DNA of 64,000 nt from the human T2T-CHM13v2.0 reference genome, Homo sapiens. Under the pieces are notes generated by a model that saw only the letters and a program-made list of their open reading frames with translations, was not told where the DNA came from and did not search any database. A program made the translations under genes and the position numbers. The stretch lies in assembly GCF_009914755.1 (NCBI RefSeq), contig NC_060925.1. One strand, given 5' to 3'. Positions 14,614-28,558 of the stretch are shown one piece after another (within the stretch, counting starts at the first letter, position 1; every line of letters begins with the position of its first letter).

Positions 14614-14893
14614 TTTTTTTTTTTGAGATGGAGTTTCACTCTTGTTGCCCTGGCTGGAGTGCAGTGGTGTGATCTTGGCTCACTACAACCTCCGCCTCCT
14701 GAGTTCAAGTGATTCTGCTGCCTCAGCCTCCCAAGTAGTGGGATTACCATGCCTGGCTAATTTTGTGTTTTTTAGTAGAGACGGGGTTTCACCGTGTTGG
14801 CCAGACTGGTCTCGAACTCCTGACCTCAGGTAATCTGTCCGCCTTGGCCTCCCAAAGTTCTGGAATTACAGGCATGTGTCACCGCACCCGGCC
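14614..14893 (-). mobile_element. AluS
   Basis: Reverse dimer, small deletion. Confidence 0.9.
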
Positions 14894-15605
14894 TTATACC
14901 ACAGTTTTGATTAGCCACATACCAACGGCTCAGTAGCCACATGTGGCTCATGGCTATCATATTGGACAGAACCATTTCAGATCACAGATTCTGGAAATGA
15001 AGATCCAGAAATCTCAGCATTTCTGCATCCTAAGATTGCTTCTGGAAGGACTTTAAGGTCATCTGGTCAAGCCCCTCACACACAAGGAAATGACTTCTCG
15101 AGGAGACCCACTGCTCCTAGCAAAGTTGATGTCCTCACATGTGCATCCCAGTCTGGGAAACTCCCCCATTCCAGCAGCCTCCTGCCAATGGAGATGGGCT
15201 GCTCACAGCCAGCCTCAGGGCATAAAACAGGGGCAAGAGGTGAGGCAGGAAGACACTGGAAGGACGTAGAATGGACCCTACCCTGGCAGACTTCCTCTCC
15301 TCTGTCACCTTCTCCCTTTCTGGAGGGAATGTCACCGCCTGGGCACAGAGCGGGCAGGAATTCTTTTGTTAACTTCCCAAACTGGAACATAGACTCAGGC
15401 CCACCCCTTCCCTTCTGATTCTCCTTTCTCCATATTCATGGCTGCCAACAATGAGCTAGACCCTGCAAGCTACAAAGATAAGAGGCAGAGGCCCTGGGAA
15501 GGAGAAACTTTGCTCAGACTTCATGGGGGAAGGAACAGTTAATTCTGCCCGGGGACCCAGGGCAGGCCTCCCTGCTGGAGGAGGTGTCTGAACAAAAGGA
15601 GCAGT

Positions 15606-15635
15606 GGGGTGGGGAGGCTGGGGGTGGGGTGGGGG
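15606..15635 (+). other. G-quadruplex-forming motif
   Basis: GGGGTGGGGAGGCTGGGGGTGGGGTGGGGG: five runs of 4 or more G. Confidence 0.7.
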
Positions 15636-15818
15636 ATGTTAGTGATGATGAGGGACAGCAGCTGAAGGGAAAGGGCATCCAGGAAGAGGGTGACAGTCCA
15701 AGAAAGGGGCAGTATGAGGGAGCTGGTCTCCTATTTTCTCAGGGGCCATGGCCACTGCTGCTCTTTCTCCTCCCAGAAGTTGCCTTGACTTCCCCTATAA
15801 GAAAGGGAAAGGAGATTC

Positions 15819-15958
15819 CTTTTTTTTTTTTTTTTTTTTAAAGAGACAAGGTGTCCCTTTGTTGTGCAGGCTGGTGTCAAACTCCTGGCTTCAAGAGATT
15901 CTCCTGCCTCTTCCTCCCAAATTGCTGGGACTACAGGCTTGAGCCACTGTACCTGGCC
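15819..15958 (-). mobile_element. FLAM/Alu left monomer
   Basis: Poly-T then reverse left monomer. Confidence 0.85.
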
Positions 15959-17029
15959 AGAGAGTCCGTTTAAGAAGAAAATCTGTCTGCTTCACCTGAG
16001 TTCCTAAAAAGACCAGCACATGGTGGATAGCCAATGAAGGCTTGTTAGTGAATAGAGGAGAGGGCAGAGAGCAGATGAAGGGTCTATTAGGCTGAGACTA
16101 GGCCAGCTGGGGCACAGAGTGCATGATAGGTGGAGGGGCAAGAAGGGGACTGGTGTGTTCTGAGCATCTGGTTTGTCTCCACATCTTCAGAATCTTATTC
16201 ACTCCCCCAATAGTGAGAGGTAGGTGGTATTGCTCCCATTCTACAGAGGAGGAAAATGAGGTTCAGTGACCATCTGGGATTATGGCTCGTTCTGTCTGAT
16301 TTCAAAAGCCCATCTTTCTAGGTGCTTTCTGGCATGTCCTCACCTGGTTATTGCCAAGAACTCAGCAGTGACCAAGTTCTTGGTAGGCACCCACGCCTTT
16401 GAATTCCTGGTGAAGTGGAGGGTTCCTGGAAAGGCCTTCGGAAACAGAAGGCCACTACCAGGCTTGGTGATCACCCAGCCACATTCCTCTCCACCCCCAG
16501 GTAAGGACAGGAGGCAGTTCTGAGAGGTAAAGCGGCTTGCTCACATGGGGAGTGGGTGGCTGGAGGTGGGATTGACCACCCTGCCCCTGGGCACTGACTC
16601 ATGGCAGCTGCTGTGGGAAAGCCACTTCCAGCCTTGGCTTTCCCAGCCAGGCAATGGGCAGGATTGCTTTGCCGAATCTGCCTGGGCCTGGAGCCAGGGA
16701 ACTGGGAAAAAGCTGAGCACAGCATATTGCCAGGGTACCTCACCCTCTCCCTGCTCCCAGTGACAACAGCTTGCATGGGGCATCCCTCCCCGTGTGCAGG
16801 AGCCTTTCCAGTTTCCAGAGGGATCAGGCCAGGCCCGGGCCCTGATGCTCCTCAAATCCCCAGTACCCAGCACAGGCAGGGTGACCCACCATCCTGGTGT
16901 GCTGAGGACTGTCTTAGTTTCAGCATGTCCTGCATCTTGGGAACTCCTCAGTCCTGGGCAAACCTGGATGGTTGGTCTCCCTAGCCCTGCACCAAATTCA
17001 TAGTTGGCACTGAAGAAATGTTCTAAGTA

Positions 17030-17362
17030 GGCCAGGTGTGGTGGCTCATGCCTGTAATCCCGGGACTTTGGGAGGCCGAGGTAGGAGGATTGCTTGAGCC
17101 CAGGAGTTTGAGATCAGCCTGGGCAACATAGGGAGACCCCATCTCTACAAAAAATAAAAAGATTAGCCAGGTACGATAGTGCGTGGCTACAGTTCCAGCT
17201 ATTCAGGAGACTGAGCCAGGAGGATCACTTGAACCCGGGAGGTCGAGGCTGTAGAAAGCTGTGATTGCACCACTGCACTCCAGCCTGGGCAACAGACTGA
17301 CTCTGCCTTAAAAAAAAAAAAAAAAAAGAGAAAGAAAAGAAAAAAAAAAAAAGAAAGGAAAA
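17030..17362 (+). mobile_element. AluJ
   Basis: Dimer; TSD AAGAAATGTTC. Confidence 0.92.
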
Positions 17363-17638
17363 GAAATGTTCCCAGTAAATGAAGGAAATTAGCAAACTAA
17401 AGAACAACAAATGGGCAACAGTGCTGTGAGGGAAACAGAACAAGGACTGCTGAGCTCATTTTGTAGCTGAGGAACTGAGGCCTGAAGAGTTTAAAAGTTC
17501 AGGCTCCCCATCTCTATCTTATGCCTTTCCTCCGCACCAGATCTCGAAACTGTTCCCTGATAATTTTGAGCTGGTCCCTGGGGTGAGAAGCAGCTGGGCC
17601 AAAGAGAAGGCATTCAGTGGCTCTGTGCCTAAGCTTAG

Positions 17639-17980
<342 letters not shown>

Positions 17981-18029
17981 GGGGGGCTGCTCTATTTCAA
18001 CTGCATAGCGAAGAGCCTGGGTGGCCCTG

Positions 18030-18694
<665 letters not shown>

Positions 18695-18822
18695 TAATAT
18701 GGGGTTTTACCTAATTCAGGGCTGCTGTGAGAAGTGTGAGCTAGTGTGTATTTGGAGAGAACAAGTACTTAATAAATGAGCCATCTCTTTCCTCCCCATG
18801 CCCGTCTTAAACTTTAGAATGA

Positions 18823-19168
<346 letters not shown>

Positions 19169-19299
19169 TACATAGTATTATTATTCCCAACTTACAGAAA
19201 AGGAAACAGTCATTAGAGGATACTTAGAAAATGTCTGTGTCGTGAATAAATGAACGAGTGACTGAGTGAGTGGATGCGTGGACGAACGAATGGATGAAT

Positions 19300-19900
19300 G
19301 AATGAGCGGATGTGCGTGGACTCTGCGGGCGGGGCGCCCGTAGTCTCCCTCCTTCGCACCCCGGGCGCCTGGGAACCTCCTCGCGCGTTTGGCCACTCGC
19401 TGCTCCTGGCAGTAGGGGCTTCGGGCCCCGCCGCTGTCCCCACCCAGGTATGGGGATGCGGAGTTGATGGGTGCGGGGCGCTGGGAGGGGGCAGATGAAA
19501 GGGGCAGTCGAAAGGGGGCCATGCGCGCCGAGCGCAGCCGGGTCATTAGCCGCGGGTGTGAGCGGCGGGGCAGGCTTATCGCCCATCCAGGCCTGGCGGG
19601 CGGGCGAGTCCCCGACGCGGCTGCCGCCGCCGCCCGCGGCAGAGGGCACGGCGGTTCCCACGCTCGGGCCCTGGTTCGGGGGCGTTCTCGGGACGGCGTG
19701 GCCGCGCTCACCACCACCGCGGAGGCCGGGCTGTAATTAGGATAATTGTGCTGCTCCCAGCCTGGGGCAGCTCAGGACCCCGGCTGCACCGCGCTGGCCC
19801 GGGACGGGCGGGGGCAGGGGGTGGCGGGGCCCGAGCGATACAGCCCCTGGCGCAGTCGGTTCCTCTAGACAGGTGAGTCAGCACACCTGGGCGGCCCCAG
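19300..19900. promoter_or_regulatory. CpG island; candidate promoter/first exon or orphan-island enhancer
   Basis: Non-repetitive, very GC-rich, dense CpG; GC box GGGCGGGGC at 19327-19335; TAATTA/TAATTG at 19734-19748; G4 motif at 19801-19829. Confidence 0.85.
19870..19883 (+). promoter_or_regulatory. Consensus 5' splice site CAG|GTGAGT (exon end 19872) overlapping NF-E2/NRF2-sMAF site GTGAGTCAGCA
   Basis: Sequence GACAGGTGAGTCAGCA at the 3' edge of the CpG island; function inferred. Confidence 0.55.
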
Positions 19901-20202
19901 CCACCAAGGGGCTTTGTGGGGAAATGAGGGAAGGGGAGAGAACTAGCCTGGACGGAGCACCTAATGTATGCCGGCGGTGTGGATTAAACTATTCCATTAC
20001 GGCTCAACATTGGGGTATTGCGGGAGTAGGTGAGAACATCTGTCCTGCCCGGTGGTGCCTGACCCAGAGAAGATGTGCAAGACGAATAGCATCTTCATCT
20101 GCACAGCAGTTTAGCAGGTGGGCATCAGGAGGCCCAGAGGTTAAGTCTCAAGACTACACAGCCGGGAGATGCATGCTTCAGAAAGGAGGACGATGAAGAC
20201 CT

Positions 20203-21204
<1,002 letters not shown>

Positions 21205-21734
21205 TTATCACTGATACAAGCCACATGAAATCCTTCTGGAAAAGGCAGGTTAAAAAGAAATGATCTGATTTCAAGATCTAATCTCTAATCCTAAACCCAA
21301 CCTAAACCTTAACCCTGCTCCTCCATACCTAACTCCCAAATTAATCTTCACCTTGGCCCCTGCCCATGTCTCCAAACTTCTCCCCGCAGTGATCCTCTGC
21401 CACTCCTCCCACCTCCCCAGGTGCCCTCCTTTCAGTGGTGGTTTCAAGTCTCTGGGTCTTTGCATATGCTGCAGCCGCACGTCAGGATATCCTTTTCCAG
21501 GGCCACCTGGTAAACTCCTCTCACCCTTCAAGGTCCTCCACAAGCCCTTGGTGTTCCTTTCCCGGCCCTGTGCTGCCTTGTTTCCTGACCAGGCTCTCCT
21601 CAGATTCAGCTCTTAGGAGGTAGGGTCTTAATCTGCTGGGAGTAAAAATTGGAAGTAGAACAAATGATTGATTGTGAATGAGTGAGTGAGAGAATGAATG
21701 AATGAATGACTTACTGAATAAACAAGTGAACACT

Positions 21735-21868
21735 GGCCAGGTGCAGTGGCTCATGTGTGTAATCCCAGCACTTTGGGAGGCCGAGGCAGGAGGATCACTA
21801 GAGCCCAGGAGGTTGAGACAGCCTGGGCAACATAGGGAGACTGGATCTCTACAATTTTTTTTTTAAAC
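21735..21868 (+). mobile_element. FLAM
   Basis: Left monomer; TSD AAACAAGTGAA. Confidence 0.87.
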
Positions 21869-21988
21869 AAACAAGTGAATACCTATTCTGAATCTAAATC
21901 CTTAACCTTCTCCCTGGATCCATTCCCAAGAAGGGAACAATTGGAAGATCAAGAGAACCCCCAGCCACCAGGTGCCCTGAGATTGTTC

Positions 21989-22058
21989 TGTGTGTGTGCG
22001 TGTGTGCGTGTGTGGGTGTGTGTGTTTTCCTGTGTGCATGCCCGTGCATGCACATGCG
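21989..22058. repeat. Imperfect (TG)n
   Basis: Read directly. Confidence 0.85.
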
Positions 22059-22059
22059 C

Positions 22060-22200
22060 TTGAGTCAGGAACTTTGAATCAGACAAGCCTGGAGTCCACT
22101 CCTGGCCACAGGGTTCACCAACTGAGTGACCTGAGCAAGTACCTGCACCTCTCTGGGTCTTCATGAACTCAAACATGCTAACAATAAAAAACCCATCATG
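22060..22200 (+). mobile_element. MIR
   Basis: TTTGAATCAGACAAGCCTGG...GTGACCTGAGCAAGT. Confidence 0.7.
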
Positions 22201-22329
22201 GAGAATCAGCTCTTCTTCCTTTGTTCATTTACCCTCCCCCAGCCCCTTGCCTATGGCAGGCTCAGTGTTTGGTGCTGCGGGAACAGGAGTGGAAGGAACA
22301 CATTTTTCCCCTCAAGGAGCACTAGTAAG

Positions 22330-22760
22330 GGTAGGAAGCAGGTCTGCAGGGAAGAGGGAACAGCCCCTGGGTGGAGAGGGAAGCTTCTTAGAGGATGTGA
22401 GAATCACTTGGGTTTGCTGCTGGACAAGTCAAGGCAGAGGCAGCCACATGTTCAAAGACAACAAGCTGTGAACAAAGGGTTCCCTATTACTGCTGGAGAA
22501 TGAGGTGGGAGGTGGGGGGTGGTGGCAGAAATTGGGGCTGGTGAGGGTGACAGTGTCCAGATCAGGGAAGGCTTTAGGGGCAGTCTGTGAAGTCTATGAA
22601 ATATGCACACTTTATTCTCTAAGCAATAGGGAGCCATTGCAGGTTTGGGCAGGGAGGGATGGGCAGGTCTGTGCTGTAGAAAGCTCACTCTGACCAGCAG
22701 TGTGGAGGCCATCATGGAGGTGGCTGTGGTGAGAAGCCGGTGGGGGAGTGCAAGGGACAT
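22330..22760 (-). mobile_element. L2 fragment
   Basis: TTTATTCTCTAAGCAATAGGGAGCCATTGCAGGTTT...AAAGCTCACTCTG. Confidence 0.65.
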
Positions 22761-22889
22761 GAAATGATCTTGGTAATAGCCAACCTTTATTGAATGCCTA
22801 CTATGTTCTAGGTGCTTAACTCGTCTAATTCCCACAACACCCATCTGAAGTAGATTCTCTCATGAGCTCCTTCTAGAAATGTCATCAAA

Positions 22890-24245
22890 ACACTAAAGTC
22901 TCCAATGTTTCTATCTCCAGCCTGAACCTCCCTTCTGAATTCCACACCTATATGTGCAATAGCCGGTTGGCTTCTCTACTGAATGTCTAATAGGATCTTA
23001 ACCTTAACGAGTCCGAAAACAATCTCCCCAAACCTGCTTCTCTCAGTCTTCTCCATCTCAGTCAATAGCAGTTTCACTTTTCCAGTTGCTCAGGCTAAAA
23101 ATGTTGGAGTCATCCCTGTCCACCCTCCACTTCTTACTTCCCATATCTGATCTATCTGCAAATCTTGTCGGTTCTAACTTCGGTACATACCTTCTGGTCT
23201 TCTCACCCCTCTCCTCCAGACTGCTGCCAGGTGGGCCAAGTCCCCACTGTTTCCTACCTGAATTACTGCAGCGGCCCCATTACTGATGGGCTCCCTGCCT
23301 CTGCCCCTTCGACCTATTCTTCACGCAGCAGCTGGTGTGACCTTAACATACAAAGCTAGATCAGGTTCCTCCTGCTCAAACCTTTTCCCAGCTCCCTAGA
23401 GTCAAAGTCCTGATAATAGCAGAGAGATCCCAACATGATCCAGTCCTTGTCTCCCCAGCCCCTTGTCAGACCTCTTCCCACATGCTTCCCCCCAACTCCA
23501 GCCACACTGACCCCCTTGCCAGCTTTCCCATTAACCTCAGAATTATTGCACTTGCCATTCCTTCTACCTGGAATGCCATCTTCCCAGATATCCGTGTCAT
23601 TTTCTCCTTCAAATTTCTGTTCAAATGTCATCTTACTAGTGAGATCCTCCTTAACCACCCCATTAAAAATAACAACTTGGCTGGGTGCAATGGCTCACAC
23701 CTGTAATGCCAGCACTTTGGGAGGCCGAGGTGGGAGGATTGCTTGAGGCTAGGAGTTTGAGACCAGCCTGAGAAACATAAGGAGACCCCCCCATCTATAC
23801 GAAAAATTAAAAAATTAGCTGGGCGTGGTGGTGCGTGCCTGTAGTCCCAGTGACTCTGGAGGCTGAGGCAGGAGGATCCCTTAAGCCCAGGAGGTTGACT
23901 CTGCAGTGATCCATGATCCTGCTGCTGCACTCCAGCCTAGCCAACAGAGCGAGAGCCTGTCTCAAAAACAAAACAAAACCTCACCTTCCTCCCCTACCCA
24001 GGCACCTTGTATCCCCTTCCCTGTTTATTGTTTATACTACATGTCACCATCTGAAACATTTTATAAATTATATTTTACTTTCTGGTTTATTATCTTTCTC
24101 TTCTCCTCTCCCCTTCCCTCCCCTCCCCTCACCCCACTAGAATGTCAGCTCCACAAGGACAGAGATTTTTCTTTATTTGCTTCACTGCCATATCCCCAGT
24201 GCCTAAAGTATTGTAGGTGCCCAGTAAATTCTTTTGAATGTTGAC
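22890..24245 (+). mobile_element. L2a 3' portion interrupted by AluJ
   Basis: TATCTCCAGCC...TCTCCATCTCAGTCAA...CCAGTTGCTCAGGC...CTAGAATGTCAGCTCCA...TATCCCCAGTGCCTA end. Confidence 0.82.
23679..23978 (+). mobile_element. AluJ
   Basis: Dimer, (AAAAC)n tail. Confidence 0.9.
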
Positions 24246-24817
24246 TATGGAATCTGTGTGCTACAGAAACTAAGGCACAAGGAGATTAAGTAAACTTGCA
24301 CAAAGTCACACACTAGTAAGTGGTTGGATTTGGATAATGAACTCAGAATATAGGCAGTGACAGCAGAGAATGAGAGGAGGGAATGAAAGAAAACAAGGAC
24401 CTGACAGATGGGCTCCAGGTCCATGGGCTGATGTTGCACCAAGGGGTGAGGTTGATGTTGTGAGACCTCCGGGGGTTGACATGAAGATTAAATGAGCTGA
24501 GACTTGAAAACACATTGTATATATAGGGAAAAGAGATTTTAAGAAAACTATTCCATGAATTTTGAATTCCCAGCCATGTTCCTGGCCTTCTCCACCCTTG
24601 CTGCTGAGGCATCTGTTGCTTCCAGTCGGGGGCAGATTCAGCAGCAGATGAGCAGCTCATCCTTAGCTTTGCCTTTCTAAATGGATTTTTTGAAAGAGTA
24701 GAGGAGACCTAACAGTGTCAGAATCCAGAATTTCAATGTAAAGGCCTACACAGTTGGGAGAGATAAAGAGTTTTTTTTTCCTGAACCCCAAAACTTCCTT
24801 TTAAATGTCAAGACCTG

Positions 24818-25116
<299 letters not shown>

Positions 25117-25361
25117 TCAATGTCAAGATCTGGAGTCTGGCCAAGTTGGGTCCTGGACTTTTTACTATGAGCCCTGGAGGGAGGGAAGGTATGAGACAAA
25201 GCAGTGATTCTCCAATTTGAGTGTGCATCAGAATCATCTGGAGGGCTTGTTTCAACAGGGATGGCTGCCTGGGCCCCACCTGCAGAGTTTCTGATTCAGT
25301 AGCTCCAGGGCGGGGCTGGAGAATTTGCATTTCTAACATCTTCCTAGATGATATGAACCAC

Positions 25362-25393
<32 letters not shown>

Positions 25394-25424
25394 GTATATA
25401 TATATATATGTATATATATATATG

Positions 25425-25503
<79 letters not shown>
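25362..25503. repeat. ~140-bp interrupted (TA)n
   Basis: Read directly; replaces the Alu poly-A tail. Confidence 0.95.
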
Positions 25504-25506
<3 letters not shown>

Positions 25507-25793
25507 AGAGGCAAGGTCTAGCTCTGTCACTCAGACTGGAGTGCAGTAGCCTGATCACAGCTCACTGCAACCTCAAATTCCCGGGCTCAAGCAAGCCTCT
25601 TGCTTCAGCCTCTGGAGTATCTAGGACTACAGGCATGTGCCACAACACCTGGCTAATTTTTTTTTTTTTTTTTTTGTAGAGGCGGGGTCTCGCTGTGTTG
25701 CCCAGGCTAGTCTCAAACTCCTAGGTTCAAGTGATCCCCCTGCCTCAGCCTCCCAAAATGCTGGGATTGCAGGCATGAGCCACCGAGCCTAGC
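25504..25793 (-). mobile_element. AluJ
   Basis: Reverse dimer. Confidence 0.9.
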
Positions 25794-26531
25794 TCTAATA
25801 CCAACCACACTTTGAATAGCCCTGATGTAAGGGTTGTTCTCAGTTCCAGGGGCAGCCTCGCAGAGCCCATGCCCTCCAGGATGGAGGTGTGAAGAGGGAA
25901 CCCCAGGAGGTGGTGGGGGTGGGTGTATGGAAATGCTCAGGAAGACGGTAGGCAAGAAGAAGGTTGGGGTCAGAGGAGAGGGTGTGAAGACTGTGGCCAG
26001 GAACATAGTTGTGGGCAGCAGAGGCCAGGGGACCTGCCCAGAGGACAGGTGGGACGTGTGCCTCAGCCACACTGCAGAAGGCAGACACTTGAAAGAGGAA
26101 GCAGTACTGGGTCAGAGGCCCCTTCCCCAACCATGAGACTATCCAAGCCCCCAACTCCATTCCCCTTCAGATGTCACCCTGAAGAAGGGACAGATGGGGC
26201 TGAGAAGTGGTGAAAGATTGAGTATTTTCTCCCAAAGAGCCTGAGGGGACTTGGGATGGCACAATTTAGAATGTCTTGCAACAACATCATGAATTAATCC
26301 CTCTGCTCCTACCAGGGTATGAGGAAGTGGCCCCAAAGTTGCAGTGCAATGGTTAAGAGCAAACATTTCCTGGATGCGCAATCCTAGGCAGGAGACACCC
26401 TCTCTGAACTTCAGTCCTCAAATCTAAATCGAGGATGAAATTATCATCCATCTCATCAGATTGAGAGGTTTAAAGGAGACCATGCATATAGTGGAGTGTT
26501 GAGCTAGAGCCTGGCAGAGGGCAAATATTCA

Positions 26532-26929
<398 letters not shown>

Positions 26930-27150
26930 TCAGTTTGTTCTCTCTTCCTCCCTTCCTCAAATACTTATACTTACTGGGACCTACTGGCCCCTGACATGGA
27001 TTTTGCCTCCTTGGAACTCACATCAGGAAATCAGACCAGTCAACAGGCACTTAGTAGCTGACTGTGGGCTGGTGCTGTGTTGGGGTAAGCTCGGGGCACT
27101 GGGACTGGGGACGCTGAGAAGTCTTTCTGGAGGATGAGATGCATTGCTTA

Positions 27151-27402
<252 letters not shown>

Positions 27403-27444
27403 TCAAGGTTCAGAAATATAATTATAGTGCGCAACACTTTATAA

Positions 27445-27660
27445 TGGGAGGCAGGAGAGCATGGTTGACTTTGGAATCAGACGAGCTGGAATCCAGATTC
27501 TGAGGTTTAACAAATGGTCTGACCCTGGACTACTTAGCTTCTCTGAGCCTCGGTTTTCCTTATCTGTAAAATGAGACTAAAGGTAGCTACTTGACATGTG
27601 GGTTTGTGGTAAGATTTAAAGGACGCAGATTATGTACAGCACCTAGCATATATTATTTGC
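27445..27660 (+). mobile_element. MIR
   Basis: TTTGGAATCAGAC...CTCTGAGCCTCGGTTTTCCTTATCTGTAAAATG. Confidence 0.8.
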
Positions 27661-27855
27661 TAACTAATTCTGAGTCCAGGGCTGGAGAGTGGATCTGGGC
27701 TTTTTTCCTCTCCACCCTGTGTCCTGTCACTTTCTGTTTCTCCCTGGTTTTCTGGATCATAATGAACTGATTGATGACCCACCTGTCTTCTCCACCAACC
27801 TGGGTGCTCCTTGAGAACAGAGTCTGGTTCAGGGTCTGTTTAGTTTATCCCCCGC

Positions 27856-28017
27856 TTTTTTTTTTTGCTCAGAGACAGTCTTGCTCTGTTGCCCAGGCTG
27901 AAGTGCAGTGGTATGATCATAGCTTACTGTAACCTTGAACTCCTGGGCTCATGTGATCCTCCCACCTCAGCCTCCCAAAGCACTGGGATTATAGGTGTAA
28001 GATAACATGCCCTGTCG
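27856..28017 (-). mobile_element. Alu monomer (FRAM-like)
   Basis: Reverse single monomer. Confidence 0.83.
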
Positions 28018-28142
28018 CTAGATATCTTCTTTGGTGAAGTATCTGTTCAAGTATTTTGCCCCTATTTGCATTACTTATTTTCTAATTATTGCATTTGGAA
28101 GTTCTTTTTATATTCTGGACACAAGACTTTTATCAAATATAT
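28018..28142 (-). mobile_element. L1M fragment (continues 30821-30955 after THE1 insertion)
   Basis: TCTTCTTTGGTGAAGTATCTGTTCAAG...TATATTCTGGACACAAG...; resumes TTTGCAAATATTTTCTC. Confidence 0.75.
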
Positions 28143-28212
28143 TGTATTAGCCGATTTTTACACTGCTATAAAGAACTACCCGAGACTGGGTAATTTATAA
28201 AGAAAAGAGGTT

Positions 28213-28558
<346 letters not shown>

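Larger units (their letters stand above)
13915..14972. mobile_element. MER33 (hAT-Charlie) interrupted by two Alus
   Basis: TTCTAGTAGCCAC...TTTTATTTAACCCA...TAGCCACATGTGGCT...ATTGGACAG. Confidence 0.8.
25202..25824. mobile_element. MER5A interrupted by AluJ and (TA)n
   Basis: CAGTGATTCTC...GCATCAGAATCA...TTTCTGATTCAGTAG...AATTTGCATTTCTAAC; resumes ACCACACTTTGA. Confidence 0.8.

Noticed and set aside
14933-14948. Palindrome AGCCACATGTGGCT
   Set aside because: Intrinsic to MER33/MER3 elements.
12638-16506. Strong isolated splice donors AAG|GTAAGC (12640) and CAG|GTAAGG (16500)
   Set aside because: No convincing paired acceptor, promoter or ORF; expected by chance in 64 kb.
19404-19420. CTCF-like motifs (also about 31112-31125 and 51064-51078)
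   Set aside because: Each has mismatches at core positions; cannot be supported without a PWM scan or ChIP.
19181-19740. Overlapping ORFs of 89-178 aa across the CpG island
   Set aside because: Ala/Arg/Pro/Gly-rich in several frames on both strands, as expected from stop-codon scarcity in GC-rich DNA; no recognisable domain.
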